Shown here one piece after another: positions 50,165 through 63,376 of a stretch of 64,000 bases of DNA. The translations under genes and the position numbers were made by a program. This DNA comes from Tubulanus polymorphus. Lineage: Eukaryota > Animalia > Nemertea. Position 1 is the first letter of the stretch. Every line of letters starts with the position of its first letter. The notes beneath the pieces are model-generated. The model was not told the origin of the DNA and searched no databases. It worked only from the letters and a program-made list of their open reading frames with translations. The stretch covers positions 15,968,150 to 16,032,149 of the forward strand of contig NC_134026.1 in assembly GCF_964204645.1 (NCBI RefSeq), read 5' to 3'.

Positions 50165-52246
50165 ATGAGAGTGATAATCAAAAGGTATCTATTTCGTCTC
50201 CTATTGGTCATCGTCATCTCAGTCCTTCTAGTAACCCCTTTTAAATGGTGGGATGTACTATGGAAATACAATCTGCATCCACAGAAAAAATGCGCAAGTA
50301 AAAATGAAACGTCAGTCACCAGAGTCACCAACATGTCAGCTGGAAACATATTTGAGAAAATGAGGAACTACCGCCCACCATATTGTAAAGATATAATCGA
50401 GGGAAATAGTTCGGCAATCGAGAATGCAAGGCAATTCATGAAGTCGAATCCCAGAGAAAAGATTAACGACTCGAATTATATTCAATTCATCGAATCATAT
50501 GGATGCGATACATTTCGCCGCATCAGAGGTTATCGGTCGCACCCAACATCGGAAGAAGAGAGAGAATTTCCTTTGGCATTCGGCATGTTGATCTACACCG
50601 ACTTGGAACAGGTCGAACGCTTTCTCCGTGCCATATACATGCCACAAAACTATTACTGTATACACATTGACAAGAAAGCGAAAAATCTAACAAGAACTGC
50701 TATAACTAAAATTTCCAGCTGTTTTCCAAACGTATTCTTATCTTCCAAATCGTACGATGTTCGCTGGGGGCAGTTTAGCGTTCTTCAAGCGGACATCACT
50801 TGTCCTACCGACTTACTTAGAATAAAAGATTGGAAGTATTTCTTTAACCTCGCAGGTATGTAGTTTGTCTAGAAGTAAGTTGTTGCATTTATTTTTACGT
50901 ATCACGACTTACATAAAGACTTCACGGACCGTTTGATTTTCAGGCCAGGAATTTCCACTCATGAGCAATCGGCAGCTAGTTCGCATGGTGAAAGCTTACA
51001 GCGGTGCTAATGACAATATCATCGTCAAGGCTTCCGATATGTTTCAATCATGGTTTGTAAAAAAATGAAAGAAACGTCAAACAAATAAAATTACTTGTAT
51101 ATGTATGCACGTATTTGGGATATTATCGATACAAGAGCACTATAGGCCATATATCTTGTCGTTTACAGGAAAGCGCGTACACAGTATGTCTTCAAATGGA
51201 AGGGCAAAGAGTTTTGGCCTAGACAGACCAACAGGAGGAAGTCCGCAGCTCCGCATGGCATCCGAGTGCGAAGGGGGGAGCTTCATCTAATAGCTAGCCG
51301 AAAATTTATCGAATACATTATTCGAAAGAAAGAGGCTAAAGATTTTTTAAACTGGCTTCGAGATACAAATATCCCCGATGAATCGTTTTACAGTACATTA
51401 ACAGCTCGGCAAGCAGCAATCTGCGTTCCCGGCGCATATAACGGTGAGTCAATCTGCGGTCAATTAATCGATGATGCTTTTGAAGAGATCTATCCCGTTA
51501 ATTACACTTCAGAGATGTTTCATACACAGATAAACTGCACATTATGTATGTCTTAATAATACCAATTAACAACACTGCGGCACATCGTAATTTTCGAATG
51601 AATCGATCATTACGTAATAACTGAATTAATTCCTCATTATTAGATCAGATTGTATTATCGTACTACGCGTAAAACCCCCTCAATGAAGTCAGATGTCTCA
51701 AAAAGTGAAATTTTTGATAACCTAATCAAGAGGTCCATGTTATCTGGTATAAACATATAGACTAGGGTGACCCAAATGTGCCTCCTGTCGACTTCTTGTA
51801 CTTAGGCACAGGGGACGACATACCGGCGCATACTTCCAAATTAAATCAATCGACAGGTTTGGCGTTCTGGGCAAAAAACCCGGTATAGTATCGTATACGT
51901 CTAACTATATACATGAATTCTAATTTAAGAATCGGACGAAGCGAAGCCAATCACTAGCCATACGAGGTGGAAGCATTGGACAGACTACAAAGGTTCGCCG
52001 AAATGTCATGGTAAAATCGTACGACTCATCTGCATCCCTGGTATTGAAGACCTGTCTCGAATCATAAAAGATAACACCAAACCCATCATCAATAAACTAT
52101 ATATCAATTTCGAATATTTAACTTTCGACTGTTTGGAGGATTATGTACGCGGGCTTCAGAACGAGGCTAATTCGATTTCATTTCAATTTAATGATACGTA
52201 TTTCAAGCAACTGAATCACGTAAAGTATCGCAATACTGAGTGTTAG
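50165..52246 (+). CDS. Beta-1,6-N-acetylglucosaminyltransferase (GT14, core-2/I-branching, GCNT-like); exons 50165-50855, 50944-51052, 51169-51443, 51930-52246
   Basis: Type II TM N-terminus; EEREFPLAF, RAIYMPQNYYCIHIDKK, CFPNVF, VRWGQFSVLQADITC, WKYFFNLAGQEFP, IPDESFYSTL, CHGKIVRLICI; GT-AG junctions keep frame; TAG at 52244-52246. Confidence 0.92.
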
Positions 52247-52790
52247 ACTGCAAACGTATCACGTTAAAGCGGAAAAAAATCCAGGTCTCACAATCAGAAA
52301 ACTGAAAAATATGAAAAATTAAAATGTCAAGATTATGAAATCCGATTTTTTTTTCGGTTTTCCCCTTAAAAACCAAGGAATTAAGGAATGGCTTTTAGTG
52401 GAAACCGAAAATTCGGATTTCATAATAAACTTTTATATTCTAACTGTTCGGCTTCTTTATAATGGTACTTGGATATAATATTCATTGGCGAAACAGTGTG
52501 AAGCTCTACCTCGTCACGTCGATGCGATCATACCTAGTACGTAAATCATCCGAAGTGTCGAGTATGATGTGGCTATTCATATCTACGTAATTAACAGTGA
52601 TAGTGAATGCATACAACTTATATATACTCCAATATTGAAGCTTTAATTTTTAGTAGTTTATTAGTTTATTATTTATCGTATTTCAGTATATGTGCAACTG
52701 GGACCGGGAATTCGTTGAATTCGTTGGAATCGATAAATCGTGAAATCGATAGCAATTGATGGCATAGAGATTTTGCAAAACAAGACTTAA

Positions 52791-53857
52791 AGGGGATCTG
52801 CAGTGTCAAAACTATAATTTGGCTCTGCTATTGTTAAGCATATGCTAATTGAAATTTTCAATTCTCCCTAATTAACTCATACACAACATTTTGATACTGT
52901 TGTCGGCAGAATTTACGGCGGATGAGAGCTGCCATATCTAAACTCCATAGCGAGGCTTGTACGTAAACATCAATTGAAATTGCTGCATTTTAAACCTGCT
53001 TTTTGACTTCAAGTGATGAAAACACAGTGAATTAGAGTCAGTACAGTAAAAACTCGTTACAACGACGGTTTTATCGAAATATTAGTATCGACGAATAAAT
53101 TGCAGTGTCCTGGCCAAAAAGTCGTTATTTCCTTTAATTTCTATCGGTATTAACGAGATCGCTTACAATGAAATATCGGTTTGAACGAAGTAAATTGTCT
53201 GTCCCAAGAGCAGTTCTCATCGGTTAAAACGTAATTACTCGAAGCCGCAGCTGAAAATATTGATGAATCGACGCTGCATGTTTAATAGTACAAGGCATTG
53301 TTTTACTGACGACGCCGTAACAATATCTGTTCATATTGTCTACAGTGGCGCCCCACAAATGCATGCCAATTGATTTGGCCACTTTGATGATGAGGGACTA
53401 CTACATTACCGAAAGTGACGTTGTTGAAATTCTATTTCGGAACATGAATTAAAGATTAATTATAAAAACGTGTACATTCATTTGGAACAATCTTGGATTA
53501 ATAACTGTACAGTATCGAATCCAAGAACAATAGAAGCACTTCAGTTACAATTGACTTTTCTTCAATTCTTACAACGTAGTAGGTCTATCGCATACAATGA
53601 CTTATTTTGTCCTAGAATATCGTTGAAACGAAGCTTGGCAGCAACGAGTACGTATATATCGCATAGGGCCGTACTACGTCTCAGTAGAGAGAAAAGCGTC
53701 TGCTACCTGGAGAAAATGGCGTCGGTCAGGTACTTCCAACCCCTCCTCGTTGACAAAAATATTAGAAAAAATGTGTTTCTCTTTCACGAAAATGTATTTA
53801 TGAAAATTTCATACACATATAGGCCTAGATATTGAATTTTTTTACTGCTGTCCCCCT
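52791..53857 (+). mobile_element. Kolobok-like non-autonomous element
   Basis: TTAA|AGGGGATCTGCAGT...ACTGCTGTCCCCCT|TTAA; contains a probable Tc1/pogo MITE start (TA|CAGTAAAAACTCGTTACAACGA) at ~53043. Confidence 0.6.
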
Positions 53858-55965
53858 TTAACAATTAAAGTTCCTATTACGTTGTGTGTGATAATGCTTA
53901 GGTCTTCTTGATAACGGCGTGTTAAACGTGTGTATGGAAAGGTTTGATTTGTGGCTAATGATTTATAAATAAACAGTGAAAAAATATATGATATATTGGT
54001 TATTCTATTCAACTAAGGCTTGCTGTCATTGTATATATTATCTATTCATTGCACTAGATATTGGCTATTTTAGTTTTGACCTTGGCTTACGTTTGCAAAA
54101 AGGACTGGCTTTAATTAGTTTTCCCATGAGACCGACAAGTTAATAAGTGGTGACATCCAGCTATCCCACCAAATGGCGTAACTAAGAGCCAGTACGTCTC
54201 GACGTAAATCCATTTGAGGAATGAATATCCTCTCTCGGTAAGGGGATAGGCCTACTTGGTTCGAAGTCAATAAACAATATCGCGCCATCCTTAGATCTGG
54301 AGTTAGGGTACTCGTGCAAAAATCAAACATCGCGTTGATCATTGAGCGCTCATGGTCGCTCGAATATCATGGATACTGGACACCAGATACTCGGGATTGT
54401 GGAGAATAGGCCATCGGTTCCAAGAGTTGCTGCGGTACGTTTCAACTTGGGACGAATCATATAAACACACTTATTGTATTTTCGCATCAAAGCATTTGAA
54501 ATGTCAGACCATTCAACTCAATCACGAACCGAGCCAAATCATAAATCAATGCTCATGAATCTTGTTTTATCATATCGATATAGAAACAGCGAATAACTCC
54601 TATACATGTCGACATGTGGCGAAATATGTTTAGGCTTAAAAAATGATACCTTGTTTCTCCGCAGCGGCTAGGTCGGAAAATTTCATGCTGAAAATTTGTA
54701 ACAATAAAATTCTTGCGGCAGGTAAGAATTTTATTCAGAAATAAAATCCGGCCTGCCGGGTTAATATAAAGCTTAATTTGAGCTGATATTTATTATTAAT
54801 TGTACATGAATCAGGAGGAATTCATCGGAGCGACACGCGCACCAATCGAAGAATCCGCGCTCGGTAAGAATGGACTCAAAGTCCTTATCGGGCGACGATA
54901 TCGCATGTGTGCCATGGTCGGCGATTGAGTCGGCCGACGGAACCGCCCTAATCCAGTCACGGAGACGATGTGGGTGTCCCCCTCGTTTAACTATATTTCT
55001 ATGCAAATACATTGTACATGTACGTGGTAAAATGGTTCGATGTCTTTAGTAAAAAAAATAATGGAAAATGATGTTCGATTTCGTCGCCGGCGATTTAGCC
55101 TAGTGTGTCGGGCTACGGTGCCGTATTCCACCGACCAATCGCGGCTCTTCAAAAATCCACGTGATTATGAAAGGCGATTTCTGTCGACTTAATCACCCAG
55201 CGTATCTGCGATTAAGTTTCCCGTTTGATTTTAGAAAAATAACTTTGGTTTACCATGTATATGTATGAACTTGTGGGGCCACGGAAGTAGTTGAGTGTAA
55301 GGTGTTTTTTTACATAAAGACTGAGTGAGTCGAAGCATTTTGCCTCGTACATACTTTAAAATAGAAATACACTGTACAGATAAACGAGGGGAACGCCCAC
55401 TCCGTCTCCGTGACTAAATTCACCTATATTCTTTTTCTTGTTATTTGGTACCGGTGACAATATGTCATTTGAAAACATTAATATGCAGTCAGTAGGTCAT
55501 AATTCGGATCTTCCCCTGCCATTTTATATCCATTTTTGGAAATTTCATGCTTTTTCATTTAAAAAAGTTACATATATTTGTGGAGAAACGTAACATTTTT
55601 AGCCTTATATCAGGCTTTTTCTTTTTCTTTCTTACGATTCCTTCCTGCGGGTCTACATATCAAGAACTTCAAACAGGCTGATATGGTTTTCCTAAATGGT
55701 TGTTTTTGATTTGTTTTATATTTAAATGGTTCTTGGCGTCGCGATTTTGTCATATGATCTTGGAACGTTTGACCTCCTGCAGCCAATTTCAATGCGAATT
55801 TCCAATGTATCAAAACAATATCCTTGTCACAAATGAGTACACAGACCGCTGATAAGCATGTTTATAACAGATGATTTCTATCCACGAGTCCTGTGTCATT
55901 CGGTCCATTCACAGCATTAGTTAGTGATTTCGAAACCCACTATCCATGCTCTCGTCGTCGGAATA

Positions 55966-56565
55966 TTAACTTATCTTGAGTAAAGGGACATTACGTTCCG
56001 ATTCAGGGGACGTTCCACTGTTGTTCACGCAATTTTCAGCATCCTCATCTATGAAGCGAACGTGTGAATATTCGGGAAATTTATTTACTTCTTCCCGGGT
56101 GTTCACTGAAAGTTGAGTGGCGAACGGGGAAGATGGCAATGATGCCTCACTTTCGTACAAATTCAGCGAAACGACCGATCCCTGAAGATGCGTTGAAGAA
56201 TCGGTATCAAGCGTGCTTTCTTTCGTTGTTTTCTGAATCATTGGTGGTGTTGACTTAACAGTTGCACATAAAACCTGATCTCGGCGTGTTTGTTTACGGA
56301 CAACGGCGATTTCTTTTAGGTAAATACTGATATGGTTATCCATCTTGTTTTTCTTAATGTGCGAGGCTATCAGCATGACAATGGAAATACCGTATATTAG
56401 CACCACAGCAACAACATAATATAGAGCTCCAGCATCATCATAGCGCTGGTCATGAAAATGATGGTGATAACGATGCCCGCCTTTCCCTGGTCGTATTACC
56501 GTGGCATGGAACGTCTTGTTATTAATCTTATGCATATGGAATTGGAGACCATCAAATGCGTCCAT
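55966..56565 (-). CDS. Single-pass membrane protein, KCNE/MiRP-like TM pattern
   Basis: Intact 199-aa ORF with no signal peptide, N-glycosylation site NKT, one TM (GALYYVVAVVLIYGISIVMLIASHIKK) and a Ser/Thr-rich tail; acceptor-like TTTTTATAG just upstream. Confidence 0.7.
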   Translation of the reverse strand: MDAFDGLQFHMHKINNKTFHATVIRPGKGGHRYHHHFHDQRYDDAGALYYVVAVVLIYGISIVMLIASHIKKNKMDNHISIYLKEIAVVRKQTRRDQVLCATVKSTPPMIQKTTKESTLDTDSSTHLQGSVVSLNLYESEASLPSSPFATQLSVNTREEVNKFPEYSHVRFIDEDAENCVNNSGTSPESERNVPLLKIS

Positions 56566-58228
56566 CGTGCCCTATAAAAAGAATAAACGAGATTCATTCA
56601 ATAAATCTAATGAACATGATGGTCCGGTGCTGTTCACATTCGCTATACGATATATCGTATATACGATAAAGATTTCCCACCATAACAGTCTCTAGACGGT
56701 ATAACTGCTACCTGACCAGGTACGTAACCGACAACCGACATGATCGATTTCCACTATAATGCGTTAACCAGTTCCAGATAGTGTACTGTACTTATCGACC
56801 TTCCCACAAATACTCTAGTACTTGTTCATGTATAAAAAGTGTAGCAACATGTATTTATTAAAGAATTTTCGAGAACTCACACATCATCAAAATAGAACCA
56901 GGGGCCCACGGACATTTTAATGATTTTCGACCTTTAGAGCAGTTCAAAAATGAATGAAAAATAAATTCAATAAGTAAAAGTGTTTATTTAAAACTATAAG
57001 TACAAATGCATTTGTTCGGACACAACTTATGTCCGGCGGCTTATACGAGCGAATGGATTTGGTGCTAAATTCGACAAAGTGTCTAGTGATTTTCGTTCAC
57101 CCGATTCCAAACATGCTAGCACTATTTGACAAGGTTTGCTAAATGTGTCCGCTTCACTGAAGTATGGAACACAATCCTGGAAAATCTATATCGTATTTTT
57201 ATTTCGAATTCACGTTCTAGAAAAGTGAGTTTTTAATTATGTTTAATTATGGATAACTAAATCGAGTAAATACACACAGACGACAAGCAAAGAATATCTG
57301 GCTCCTGCGACTTAAATGGCTGAACGGACATAAAACACGCAATACTTATACGCATGCGCAGAGCTGAAGACTGTCGGGAAAGTGATAACTTACGTATATT
57401 AGAACGTATGAAATCCCGACAGACAAAGTACACTTTATTTCATCTAATTTCGACTAATTTCAATCAGAACGGACATTGCATTGAATACTGTGGTTAATCA
57501 GACGGTCCTTCAATGTGGACTCTATCGGTGATTACAATTTGTTATTCGTTAAAGCCTATCTTCAACGGCTTAGTGTTTTTTACGTTGCGCGTTGCACCGA
57601 ACAATCAATTGCTCAGAATCCACCGAAACAAGGCTCATGACAAATCTATCATTTCTATTATTCCTTACCATATAGCGTCGCATGATATTTCAATTAATTG
57701 GAAAAAATCGTCTCATCGAATATTTGCCCATTATTTATTGAGATGAGATAGGATTAAGCAATCTGCATTCATATCCACGGTTAGTTATAGTTCACATCGT
57801 CATCGACTAACTGTTTTTGGACAATAGATGCAAAATAACTTATAATTCGGTTGATATTTCATGGAAACCAAGTATAGCCAGTGGTTAGTATATCGTTCCC
57901 GTGAGTCGGGGAGCGATCTAAACCAACCACTTTCCATGCCTGAGTGAATAATAGTGGAAAAAAGCTTGCAGTTATCTTGGCTTCTATCTATTTCATTAAA
58001 AGTCTAGTAACAAAAAAGATTTTTATCGTAGGCTACGATGTATATTGATGTGATGAATAAAGAAAAAAATCTGAAAAAAAACATCCTTTTACAACTTTTT
58101 ACATAATAAACATCGGGGCACATCATCAGGAAAACATCGTTGGCTAGAATAGGAATCATATCACATGCAACATTTATATTGTTCATACTACGATACCAAT
58201 CGCTGCATATCGATTCGTAAATAGACAC

Positions 58229-58596
58229 ACCACTGCTACGCCGCCTTTAATGCATATATCGCCGTAAATTATTGTCTTATTCCATCGTATGCAGTGAGGT
58301 GGTCATCGGATCGATGAACCAGGTCATCGGACGTATCGTTTTATGGTGGCGTATCGTAATATTATCAAAGATCAAGTTACTCAACTTTTACGATGGCGGT
58401 AAATCGGGAAATATTGTAATACATTTGTATAGGATTGCACTAGGATATTACATTGGCAGTGGCGGTATGCGAGGGGCGGTAAATCGGGTTTTTCCTGTAC
58501 ATTTTAGATACGAATGTTCAGTTCCCATGAAATCCCGGCGGTAGACGAGGTTGGCGGTGAATCGGCGGGGGGACGTTAAACCGAGGTATGACTGTA
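58229..58596 (-). mobile_element. Tc1/mariner-pogo (Tigger-like) MITE, partial
   Basis: Right end CGTTAAACCGAGGTATGACTG|TA with GGCGGTAAATCGG repeats; left TIR not found. Confidence 0.45.
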
Positions 58597-59151
58597 TGTA
58601 TTTCGAAAAGTCAAACAGGTCGAATCAAGACACGGTTAGCCACGAGATGTTTATAATCGTTCACTTCACATCATAAACATCATGGTTTTTACTTCCATGT
58701 TTAAAAATCCAATTCATATCTCTAGGTAGGCCAAAAATACAGAAAACGAGCAAAAATACGATTAAATAACATCCTCGGGAATTGATTCAATCAGGATTAC
58801 AATTCGAATACGAAAGAGCCACAGTGATTCCTTCTTTATGGGTGTTTTCCATTTCAATCATTGACAGGCCGATGTCTGTTGGTATCGATCTACAAGATGG
58901 GGCTTAATCTCAAAGCGTCACATTCAACACGTCAATACAATTCATTCTGGAAAATTAAATTCGATTGAAATTATTCAAAAATTTATGAAATCTAGTGAAA
59001 ACTTTTCCAACCAGTTATCTAACTCTCAGGTCCGACTAGGTCGGAGTTAAAATACAGTCAGGTACTATGCTTTGAATTTTGGGGCGATCATCACGTAAAT
59101 TTTACCGTTGAAAGAGAAAGTTGATGCTAGTAACATGATATGAAAAGCAAA

Positions 59152-59830
59152 ACAAGAGGCCCACGGGCCTTATACCTTCATGACGCAGTAGAAGAAGAAT
59201 GATCCAGTATTCAAAGTTTTACAGAAAGATTTACATTGTAACGATGTAACAAGTTTTAAAATAGTTAAGATGGTATAGGCTTTGTGGCGATAACGTTCAT
59301 TTTCTGTTAATATATCCTTACATGAAAAGACAAGCCCATTTCAGCTGCCCTAAAGATCAAACTGCATGAGAAAATGCATAAAGAATTGGTGTAGGCATCG
59401 TGCTGAAAAAAAGAAACCCAAGACGGATAGCAACCCGGGCGGCCATACTTGAACTCAATTTTCAACAAGGGGTAGACATTTACCTACCAAAATTCATACA
59501 CCTAGTATCATGAAAATGCATCGATAATTGCAGGCCGTTTCGTGCTAGAAATTCAAGATGGCTGACCTGGCGGCCATTTTCGAAAGCCGATGACCTTCGA
59601 ATTTTGCGGAAATCCATCAAGAATTGCGGGCTGCATTGTGCAAACAAGAAATTTAAGATGGCTTCCCCAATGGCAGCCATATTTGATTACCAATGACCTT
59701 TTTTACAATAGGAGTGGTCATCTTGCCAGACCCAATCTTCAAACTGATTTTCAAAACGATTAATCGCAAATAACGGGTGAATTACCGTGTCGATTATTCA
59801 ATCCAATTCCAGAGGTCCTGGCTTAGGCCT
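59152..59830 (+). mobile_element. Helitron/Helentron-like non-autonomous fragment
   Basis: ACAAGAGGCCCACGGGCCT start hairpin; repeated CAAGATGGC...GGC(G/A)GCCAT units. Confidence 0.45.
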
Positions 59831-60404
59831 ATGCAATAGAAGTCAATTAAGATTCGACTTTTTTTTTTTAACCAGCACAGATGCCTATTAAAATCACATG
59901 TAATTCAAACATTCAGTGCTTCTAAGTTTGATGTGCCTGTTTTTATCGCGCTCGTGGTTTATATTATTGTTTACATCAAACGTCTTCAACAGCTGATACA
60001 ACCGCACCCGCGTCTGTCAATCATTTTAATTGATTCATATAAATGCTCACTGAAAAAACTATGCGGTGAATCAATCCGAAATTTTTCAGTAGAATGTCAG
60101 ACACTAGGTACCTTTCTGTAAAAGGTTTATTTGATGTATGTCATTAACAATCAGTTATATAATACTTTATTCATAACTTTGAAGCGGCGCACCGGCAGCG
60201 AACGCTCACGCATGGTCAGTCACGTAGGCCAACGATAACACGAAACAGACCACGGTTTTCCCGATTAAGAGCGTCTTTCCACATAAATAAGAGAGACTAT
60301 AATGGACCGTTTGTTGACACTAACCTTTAATACTATACTTCGTATGGATACAATCAAGATAATTCCACCATATAATTCCACTATTCAATGGGCGATCCCT
60401 TAAG

Positions 60405-60795
60405 GAAATAAAATGTATTTTCATGTGTAAAAATGTATTTCTCTGTGATAAAGAATACATTATTTTCCATATGAATATATATTTTTCAGCAATAAATGTA
60501 TTTCTTGATCAAACTAAATGTTGAAAAATATATTTCATGACTAGAAAATATATTATTCATCAAATGAAAATACATTAATCAGTGGAAAATATATTTCATG
60601 ATCAATGTATATTTTTCAAAATATATTTCATAATCAGAAAATTTCTTCATCAAATGAAAATATAGTTCATACTGAAAAATGTATTTATGAACAAAATGTA
60701 CTTTTCAAAATATATTTTCAAAAATACGTATTTATCAAAATATGTTTTTCACATCTCCATTGCCACAAAATACATTTTGTCAGAAAAGGCAATTT
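60405..60795. repeat. Degenerate ~22-bp AT-rich tandem array (AAAATGTATTT/AAAATATATTT)
   Basis: Recurrent AAAAT(G/A)(T/C)ATTT units at roughly 22-bp spacing. Confidence 0.6.
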
Positions 60796-60803
60796 TGAAA
60801 TAT

Positions 60804-63376
60804 AGCTGCCAAGCAGCGATGACGGGTTTTCTGCAAAGCCATTCAGAAAGATCGGAATTGTAGTAAATTGAAATATCGATACATAGAATAAAATGCATTG
60901 ACAGATTCGAACCTAATGTGCTACCACTGTGTAAACGTCAAATATGATTCAGCTTTGAAACCGAACATACGCGGACGTACAATCAACAAATATTAATCTA
61001 TTTGACCAGGCATTTATTTTGGCATTCAAACATCATGATACTGTATTATCACCATGCTTAAAAATGGATCTGTCCTATTAAGAACTCATCTTAAGCACCT
61101 GCTGAGTCGATAGATTGAGTGAATTTACAGATAAGAACGTATTATGATTTAGAATAGATTTAAGAAGTTAATGTTTTTATTGAAATATTTGAATAAATAC
61201 ATGTACATATATTGTAGTGTAGATTCAATCAATAAATTATGAATTGATCTGGTCTGGGTTTCCGGCTGATGTTGATTTTGGCTTTTATGGATTAAAAATT
61301 CTATAGTGATAAACAATTGATACCTGCAACATGTGTGTAAATCAAACCTATTCCACTAGTTGCGTGTGTTTCCTAATAAACGGGAGAGTCACTCTTGTTC
61401 TAAGTTATTAGAAAAATAATGTTCATTTAGTTATAGAAATTCATTGCCTTTTTTAAAATTCTGTAATAATATTTGTTCTTTCCTAATTTTTATTACTGTA
61501 TGAACCAATGATATGCTTTGTAAATATGATGTAATAAAATAAATTTGAATTTGAATTAAATTTGAACATGAGAATTAGGCATAACTTGTGTTTTTTTAAC
61601 TCTTTTGTTAACAGTTCCAGAGTTTCAATTACAATAATATTCAAATTGGCTAAAAAAGTACATAGGACTAAATGAAATGAACCGTTTAGTTACTGCAAAC
61701 CTATTCCAGTGTTTTGTCGATCGTGTTGAATCACTTTGCTTGAGTTGAAAGAATCAGATCTTCTATGGTGCAACATCGGTCGAAGAGAGATATCTTGGTG
61801 TTGACTGTCCATCTAACTTCATGCGTTTGACATTGGAATCAGCATCATACTCATTTGAACTGCAAAATATTCATACAACATGAAAAACCTACAGTACATG
61901 TATACAGTAATCAAAATTTCACCGATGTTGGATATTTGAATGAACATTTGGCTTATTTCAGTATTCTAAAGCAGGAAATAATACGCCCAATCAATAGGCC
62001 CTATTCCCATTGGAACAATTGTATAATGCATACAGCTGTACCGTACACTTATCAGTCAAGAATGGAGAAATCGGTATACCAAACCTACGAACAGCAAAAT
62101 GTACAGGCCTACAATGATTTCTGGTATACAAGCCGTGACCATATGAACGTTTTGGATCTAGGTTTGACTATTAATGTCAGCAGGTCAGGGAAGGCCTGGC
62201 CAAATTTAATCACATGGCTCAAATCAATTGGCATTTCTGCGTGTGAATACTTCACTGTATTGTTTTAACTAGGGGTCCAGGGACACCATGCCCACTTGGG
62301 AAGTGGTTATGAATGCTCAACAATCTAACAATTTCAATATTCAACGCCCCCTGGTGACCATATTCAAAACCCACTGACCTTGAAACTCACCACAATCATA
62401 GAACATGTCACGAACTATAACTTTGTAATTGATCATGGTAACAAAATATGCCTAGGTACCAATATAATAAGGAAATACTAAGTTATTCTACTATTCAACG
62501 CCCCCTGGTGACCATATAGAATAACTATTGGCCTTAAAATTGCCACAATCATAGATGATGTCATGAGCTACAACTTTGCAATTGATTGTGGTTACAAAAT
62601 ATGCATTGATACGAATATAATATAGAAATACTAAGATATTGTATTATTCAACGCCCCCTGGTGGCCATATACAAAAACCAATGACCTTCAAACTCACCAC
62701 AATCATAAACCATGTCATGCGCTACAACTTTCCAATTGATTGTGGTAAGAAAATATGCTTAAATATCAAAAATATAATGTGGAAAATCTTTTCCCACCTA
62801 CGAATGAGTGCTTATGACACCAAGATGGCCGCCAATTGCGTCATAATTGGCTGATCAAAAATATCTGTCTCAGGTATAACACATCCCTTTTCAAAGAATA
62901 CCCATCACAAATTGCAATGAGAAATGGCGAACCAGTAGGGAGCTACAGCACTCCGAATTCGGGCCAAAATTGACATTTTTGGGCACTAGAAAGGTCATAG
63001 GACGGTCATCTTGAGTCCGATCGACCCAATTTTCGTTATGCTGATGGGCCCTGGGGGATCACATACATCCAAAAGATCAAGGTAATTGATCAAAGCGTCT
63101 TCAAAATTTCCCTCAAAAAGTTCAAAAATGTGTAAAAAGTGTTGATTTTGGCGAACAACAATGGCTGCCAGTCGGCCATCTTGATTCTGACAGGGCCAGT
63201 TTTTGGGCTGAAGATGTGTCTAGGGTAGATACATGTGTAACCCAAATATCAAGACATTACATTGAAGCGTCTTCAAAACTTCCCAAAATAACTGGATTCC
63301 GTCTACAGACGGACGGACGACGGACGAAAAGTGAACGCAATAGCCCGCTGGGACTAAAGTCCCAAGTTGGCTAAAA
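60804..63376 (+). mobile_element. Helentron-associated non-autonomous element (HINE/DINE-1-like), composite
   Basis: 5' hairpin GCTGCCAAGCAGC; sub-TIR GCCCACTTGGGA (62290) and TCCCAAGTTGGC (63360); GACG microsatellite; 3' hairpin GGGACTAAAGTCCC; three ~154-bp internal tandem units (62338, 62492, 62645). Confidence 0.72.

Noticed and set aside
61855-62268. 137-aa ORF
   Set aside because: Lies within the Helentron-like repeat and is not open in the second copy near 11970-12360.
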